DNA from: an uncultured Gemmatimonadales bacterium
Lineage (GTDB): Bacteria > Gemmatimonadota > Gemmatimonadetes > Gemmatimonadales > GWC2-71-9
Assembly (NCBI GenBank): GCA_963771275.1
Contig: CAVYSW010000010.1
Location: 128,001-192,000, forward strand
Length of the DNA stretch: 64,000 nucleotides
Reading direction: 5' to 3'
A program made the position numbers and the translations under genes. Of the stretch, positions 56,916-64,000 are shown in pieces (the first letter of the stretch is position 1; each line of letters starts with the position of its first letter). The notes under the pieces are model-generated. The model was not told the DNA's origin. It did no database searches and saw only the letters and a program-made list of their open reading frames with translations.

Positions 56916-58289
56916 ATGCCACGCGACGATCTGGCGGAGCGCGTAGCGGCGTTCATTGCGGAACGGCGGCTCTTTCCCGAGGCGGGTGTCGCGCTCGTGG
57001 CGGTGAGTGGCGGGCCGGATTCCGTCGCGCTGCTGTACCTGCTGCACGATCTGTCCGCGTCGCTGCGCGTAGCGCTGGTCGTGGCGCACGTGGACCATGG
57101 GATCCACGAGGCAAGCGCGCGATGGGCCGCGGCTGTCGAAGCTCTCGCCGGGCGGCTCGGCCTGCCGTACGAGGGGGTGCGGCTTGCCCTGGGGTCGGGC
57201 GCCTCGGAGACGCTTGCCCGGCGCGAGCGGTATCGGGCGCTCGCGCGCATCCAGCGCGTCCATCGTGCCCGGTACGTGGTCACCGGGCACCACGCCGATG
57301 ACCAGGTCGAGACCGTGCTGCTCCGCTTGCTGCGTGGCTCGGGCCCCGCGGGTCTCGCCGGCATGGCACCGGCCGGGCCGGGGAGCCTCGTACGCCCGCT
57401 CCTGCCGTTTCGGAAGTCGGAGATCGCGGCGTGGCTCGCGGCGCGGGCGCCGGAGGCAACCCCGCATTTCGACGCCGCGAACGCGAGCCCCGCGCACGAC
57501 CGCTCTTGGGTCCGAACGGAACTGTTGCCGCTCCTGCGCCAGCGGTTTCCGGACACCGAGGAGCGGGTGCTCACCGGGCAGCGCCAGGCGGCTGAAGATC
57601 GGGTCGCGTGGGCGCAACTCGTCGACTCGCACCCGGCGCTGGAGCTCCGTCGTCTCCCGGGTGGGATCGAGGTTGCTCGCGCTCCCATCGCTCGGTATGA
57701 TAAGGCGTTGTCGGCCGCGCTCTTGCGCGCGCTTGCCCGGGCGGCCGGCCATCGAGTCGGGTCGGCGCGGGCAGAGCGGATCCGGCGCCTCGCCGCCACC
57801 GCGCCCAGCGGTCGCCGAGTGGACCTCGGAGACGGCTGGGTCGCCGAGACCGCATTCGACAGGCTGCTGATTCGACGATCGCCGGGTGGGCCGAGTGCCG
57901 GCTCGCCGATCGAAGTGGCCACGGCGGCGGAGCCGGGTGAGGCCCGGTGGGGTGACTGGTGTATCACCTGGCGTACGGAAACGACTGGCCCCATGCGTCG
58001 CGCCGGCTGGACCACCTGGGTGACGCCCGGGCCGCTCGTGCTCCGGGCCGGACGAAGCGGTGAGCGCATGCGGCCGCTCGGTGGGGTAGGCAGACGGCCG
58101 GTTCGCCGGCTCCTCATGGAAGCCCGTGTTCGGCGCAGCGAGCGTCCGGCCTACCCCGTCGTCGCCCGTGAGGCGGAGGTGGTGTGGGTCCCGGGCGTGT
58201 GCCGCAGCGACTGGTCGCTGCCGCGTCCTGGAGAACCTGGCATCCGACTCGACGCGCGGCGGGTTGGCGGGAACGTGGTGGACGGGTAG
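56916..58289 (+). CDS. tilS: tRNA(Ile)-lysidine synthetase
   Basis: VAVSGGPDSVAL, HVDHG, AR..RY, TGHHADDQVETVLLRLLRGSG..GLAGM, RPLL. Confidence 0.95.
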   Translation: MPRDDLAERVAAFIAERRLFPEAGVALVAVSGGPDSVALLYLLHDLSASLRVALVVAHVDHGIHEASARWAAAVEALAGRLGLPYEGVRLALGSGASETLARRERYRALARIQRVHRARYVVTGHHADDQVETVLLRLLRGSGPAGLAGMAPAGPGSLVRPLLPFRKSEIAAWLAARAPEATPHFDAANASPAHDRSWVRTELLPLLRQRFPDTEERVLTGQRQAAEDRVAWAQLVDSHPALELRRLPGGIEVARAPIARYDKALSAALLRALARAAGHRVGSARAERIRRLAATAPSGRRVDLGDGWVAETAFDRLLIRRSPGGPSAGSPIEVATAAEPGEARWGDWCITWRTETTGPMRRAGWTTWVTPGPLVLRAGRSGERMRPLGGVGRRPVRRLLMEARVRRSERPAYPVVAREAEVVWVPGVCRSDWSLPRPGEPGIRLDARRVGGNVVDG

Positions 58290-58323
58290 CACGGCGATCC
58301 GTGCTCGACACCTAAGGAACGGT

Positions 58324-60293
<1,970 letters not shown>

Positions 60294-60297
<4 letters not shown>

Positions 60298-61463
60298 AGC
60301 TCACGGCCCTCGCGCCGCGGCCCGGCGCGGTGCGCGAGGCGCTTGTCGCGCGAGGGGTACCCGCGGTTCGGGCGGACGCGACGGCCGCCGGCTTGCAGCC
60401 GGCGGCCGTCGTGCTGGATGGGGTCACCGACGAGGCGCGGGAGCAGGTCGGGCGCGCGGCGGTTGCGTCGGGGGTGGCGTGTCTCTCCGGGACCGGCTGG
60501 GTCCTGCTCACGGGCGAGACCGCACGACTCGCCGGGCTGATCCGGCCGGGCGCCGGGGGGCTTCCTGCGGACGTGCGTGAGTCGATCGGCGCGGCGCTAC
60601 GCCTGGGCGTCGAACAGGCGCTGACGTGGGTCACCGCGCGAGGTGACGTGACGCTCGATCGGCCGGTGGTCATCGGCATCCTCAACGTCACCCCTGATTC
60701 GTTCAGTGATGGCGGTCGGTACTTCGCGCCCGCGGCGGCGCTGCGCCAGGCGGAGGCGTTGGTGGCGGCTGGTGCCGCGGCGCTTGACGTGGGGGCGGAA
60801 TCGACGCGCCCGGGGCGCCCCGAGCCCGTGCCGCTCGAGGAAGAGTGGCGCCGGCTGGCGCCGGTGCTCCCGGAGCTGGCACGGCGCTTCCCCGGGACCC
60901 CCGTGAGCGTGGATACCGTGAAGGCCGAGCTGGCGCGCCGCGCGCTCGAGGAAGGCGCATGGGCGATCAACGACGTCACGGGCCTGCGCCACGATCCCGC
61001 GATCGCCGACGTGTGCGCGGCGCGCGGCGCCGGCCTCGTGCTGATGCACTCCCGCGGGACACTGCCGGAGCTGGCGACGTATGACCACGCGACGTACGGG
61101 GATGTGATGCGCGAGGTGGCTGAAGAGCTGGCGGCGGCGGCGCACCGGGCGGAGGACGCCGGTGTCCAGCGCCAGGGCATCGTGCTCGACCCCGGCCTCG
61201 GGTTCGCCAAGCGGCCCGAGCACAACTACGTCGTGCTCCAGCGTCTCGACGCGCTCACGCCGCTGGGATATCCCCTGATGGTCGGCCCGTCACGCAAGCG
61301 GTTCCTGGGTGCCGTCACCGGGAAGGACCCGGGCGAGCGCGACGTCGCCACGGCGGTGGCGTGTGTCGCGGCGTACGAGCGCGGGGCGCGTCTGTTCCGC
61401 GTCCATGCCGTGGCCGAGACCTGCGAAGCGCTGGCCATCGCCCACGCCGTGGGGGGTGCCTGA
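60294..61463 (+). CDS. folP: Dihydropteroate synthase with about 115-aa N-terminal extension
   Basis: GILNVTPDSFSDGG, DVGAESTRPG, SVDT.K, INDV.G, LDPGLGFAK, SRKRF, RVH. Confidence 0.93.
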
Positions 61464-62267
61464 ATGCCGCTGGAGCATTTGCGCTTTCTGATCCCCGGCC
61501 CGCGCGACGCGCTCGAGATCCTCGTCGTCGCCTACATCATCTACCGCGCGCTGCTGTTCCTGGCCGGCACCCGGGCGCTGCAGATCCTCATCGGGCTCGT
61601 GGTTCTGGGGGTCGTGTACTTCGCCGCGCTGGTGCTCAAGTTCAACATGATCGCCACGCTGCTCGGTGTGGTATTCACGTACGGCGCGTTCGCCGCCATC
61701 GTGGTCTTCCAGCCTGAGCTGCGCCACGCGCTCGCGCGCCTCGGGCGCACGCGCCCGTTCAACTTCCTGGTCTACACGCCGACGCGGTCCGCGACGGGCG
61801 AGATCGCCGAAGCGGTTGAACGGCTGTCCCGCGCCGGGACCGGCGCCATCATCGCGGTCGAGGGGGAGATCCCGCTGGACGACTATGTCGAGACGGGCAC
61901 GGCGATGCGCGCGACGGTCTCGAACGACCTCATCAGCACGATCTTCACGCCTTACTCGCCGCTCCACGACGGCGCGGTCATCATCCGGGGCGACGAGATC
62001 ATTGGGGCGGGATGCGTGCTCCCGCTCACGCAGTTCCCCGTGACCGACAAGTCCCTGGGGACGCGGCACCGTGCCGCGCTGGGACTGTCGGAAGAATGTG
62101 ACGCGATCGTGGTGGTCGTCTCCGAGGAAACGTCACGGGTGTCCATCGCCGTCGGGGGGCTGCTGCATCAGGGGGTGACGCCCGAGCAGGTGGGTGAGGC
62201 CCTCGCGACCCGTGGCCGGACCTCGGTGACGCGCACAGGCCATCCCAGCGAGCCCTCACCGGCCTGA
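61464..62267 (+). CDS. cdaA: Diadenylate cyclase CdaA (3 TM + DAC domain)
   Basis: VVFQPELR..L, SPLHDGAVII, LGTRHRAALGLSE, VVSEET. Confidence 0.93.
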   Translation: MPLEHLRFLIPGPRDALEILVVAYIIYRALLFLAGTRALQILIGLVVLGVVYFAALVLKFNMIATLLGVVFTYGAFAAIVVFQPELRHALARLGRTRPFNFLVYTPTRSATGEIAEAVERLSRAGTGAIIAVEGEIPLDDYVETGTAMRATVSNDLISTIFTPYSPLHDGAVIIRGDEIIGAGCVLPLTQFPVTDKSLGTRHRAALGLSEECDAIVVVVSEETSRVSIAVGGLLHQGVTPEQVGEALATRGRTSVTRTGHPSEPSPA

Positions 62268-62280
62268 ACCCAGCCGACCG

Positions 62281-64000
62281 ATGCCCGCAGCGCATCCCAA
62301 CGTCAGCGACGGCGCGACCGCGCCGGCCGGATCGTGGCTCACCGGCTCTCGTCCTCCCTACCTCGCGGCGCTCGGCGTGTTTCTCGTGGTGCTGGTCGCG
62401 TACGTCTGGACGCTCGCCCCGACCGTCACGTTCTGGGACGCCGGCGAGTTCATCGCCGCGTCGAAGATGCTCGGCATCCCGCACCCGCCAGGGACGCCGC
62501 TGTTCATCCTGCTCGGTCACGTGTTCGGCCAGTTCGTCCCGATTGGCGGATTCGCCTTCCGCACCAACCTGATGACCGCCGTGTTCAGCGCGGCGGCCGC
62601 GGCGTGCCTGTGCCTGGTCGTGGTTCAGGCGCTGCGCGGATGGCCGCGCAACCCGTCGGGCGGAGCCCGGTCGGACCCGCTGTACGCCATGGGCGGCGCG
62701 ACGGCCGCGGCGATCATCTCGGCGTTCGTGTTCACCGTGTGGCAGAACTCGAACGAGACCGAGGTCTACATGGTGGCGACGTTCAGCGTCGCCGCGATCT
62801 GCTGGCTGTCGTGGTTGTGGCGCTGTCACCGTGGGACGAAGCGGGCGTCGCACCTCCTGTTGTTGATCGTGTACATCGGCGCGGTGTCCGTCGGCAACCA
62901 CCTGCTGACGCTCCTCGTCGGGCCGGCGGTGATCGGCTTCGTGTGGCACGTGCAACGCACGGCGCCGCTGGGCAACGAGCGGGACCGCCGGGCGGAGTGG
63001 GCACAGTGGGCGGTGCTGACGGGCGTGTGGGCCCTGCTGATCGGGGCCGGGCTGGGCAGCACGACCCTCCTCGTGGTTGGCGCGGTCGTCTTCGCAGCCG
63101 CGGCCGCCTACTCGGCGTCGGTCGGCTCGGTGCTGTTCCCGGCCACCGTGCTCGGGCTCGCGGCGCTCGGCGTCTCGACCTACCTGTTCCTCTACATTCG
63201 CGCGGGGCTGCAGCCGGGGATCAACGAGGCGGATCCGTCGACGTGGCACGCCCTGTTGTCGGTGATCCGGCGCGAGCAGTACCCGCCGCGCTCCCCGCTC
63301 GACAACCCGGTGTTCCCGTCCGGTCCCGGCAACCCCGGCCGCAACCTCACGATCATCGGCCTGCAGATCCAGAACTACCTGCAGTACTTCGACTGGCAGT
63401 GGGCGAACGGACTCGCGGAAACCAAGCCGGTGTTCGCGCTCGTCCGGCTGCCGTTCACGATGCTGTTCACGACGCTCGGATTCGTCGGGCTCGCGGAGCT
63501 GCACCGGCGTGACCGGTCGGTGTTCTGGCTGCTCCTGCTGCTGTTTCTCACGACCGGTCCCGTGTTGATGGGCTACATGAACTTCAAGCCCGGCTACTCG
63601 CTGGGTGGGGATCTCTTTCCCCAGGGGGATCAGCACGAGGTGCGCGAGCGGGACTACTTCTTCACGGTGTCCTTCCAGGTCTGGGGCCTTTATGCGGGCA
63701 TCGGCCTGGCCGCCCTGGGGCGGGGCGTGCGCGAGCGCCTGGGCGACGGCCCGCGGTCCGCGGGCCGCGCCTTGGGCACTGGGCTGCTCGCGGTCGCGCT
63801 GCTGCCCCTCGCCCTCAACTTCAGCGCCGCCAGCCGGCGGCACCCGCCCACCGCGACGCTCGCCCGGGATTTCGCGTACGACCTGCTACAGTCCGTCGAG
63901 CCGTACGGCATTCTCTTCACGTACGGCGACAACGACACCTTCCCCCTGTGGTATCTCCAGGAAGTGGAGGGGGTGCGACAGGACGTGGTGGTGGTGAATC
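62281..64000 (+). CDS. DUF2723 / TMEM260-like GT-C membrane glycosyltransferase (runs off right edge)
   Basis: Not in the ORF track (no stop in window). From ATG 62281: YVWTLAPTVTFWDAGEFI....LGIPHPPGTPLF, ETEVY, EVRERDYFF, GDNDTFPLWY.QEVEG. Confidence 0.88.
   Translation, partial: MPAAHPNVSDGATAPAGSWLTGSRPPYLAALGVFLVVLVAYVWTLAPTVTFWDAGEFIAASKMLGIPHPPGTPLFILLGHVFGQFVPIGGFAFRTNLMTAVFSAAAAACLCLVVVQALRGWPRNPSGGARSDPLYAMGGATAAAIISAFVFTVWQNSNETEVYMVATFSVAAICWLSWLWRCHRGTKRASHLLLLIVYIGAVSVGNHLLTLLVGPAVIGFVWHVQRTAPLGNERDRRAEWAQWAVLTGVWALLIGAGLGSTTLLVVGAVVFAAAAAYSASVGSVLFPATVLGLAALGVSTYLFLYIRAGLQPGINEADPSTWHALLSVIRREQYPPRSPLDNPVFPSGPGNPGRNLTIIGLQIQNYLQYFDWQWANGLAETKPVFALVRLPFTMLFTTLGFVGLAELHRRDRSVFWLLLLLFLTTGPVLMGYMNFKPGYSLGGDLFPQGDQHEVRERDYFFTVSFQVWGLYAGIGLAALGRGVRERLGDGPRSAGRALGTGLLAVALLPLALNFSAASRRHPPTATLARDFAYDLLQSVEPYGILFTYGDNDTFPLWYLQEVEGVRQDVVVVN

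Overview
Very GC-rich bacterial DNA. Gene content (multiple Hanks-type kinases including a kinase-TPR protein, tandem M14 peptidases, a BNR/VPS10 propeller protein, a PEP-CTERM protein, tilS-ftsH-folP-cdaA) suggests Gemmatimonadota; this is inferred, not verified. Positions 1-22.2 kb hold a near-complete type VI secretion system: tssM(partial)-tssL-tssK1, a Pro-rich pseudokinase-like membrane protein, tssK2, a poly-G-frameshifted TssB-TssC-like fusion, then tssB-tssC-hcp-tagJ-tssA-tssE-tssF-tssG-clpV-vgrG-DUF6931-like-PAAR-LysM. It is flanked by a divergent FHA-TM-trypsin protease / Ser-Thr kinase-Ig-RCC1 pair (22.3-27.9 kb). The 28-56 kb region is accessory and metabolic: an active plus degenerate M14 peptidase pair, an OYE, a Tat-type M20 hydrolase, a SAM methyltransferase with a PqqD/RRE-like C-terminal domain, a VPS10-like protein, a stand-alone 47-aa 'ELEERIAP' RiPP-precursor-like peptide, a metal uptake operon without ATPase, a DRR/ERR-repeat microprotein, a frameshifted CPBP protease, a sigma54-type PEP-CTERM gene and an iodotyrosine-deiodinase-like flavoprotein. 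The window ends in housekeeping genes (tilS, ftsH, folP, cdaA, DUF2723). The best novelty candidates are the methyltransferase/ELEERIAP peptide pair, the unusual T6SS phospho-signalling accessories, and the G8 tract in the sheath-fusion gene. No rRNA, tRNA, CRISPR array or transposase was recognised. All assignments come from motif reading; no database searches were run.
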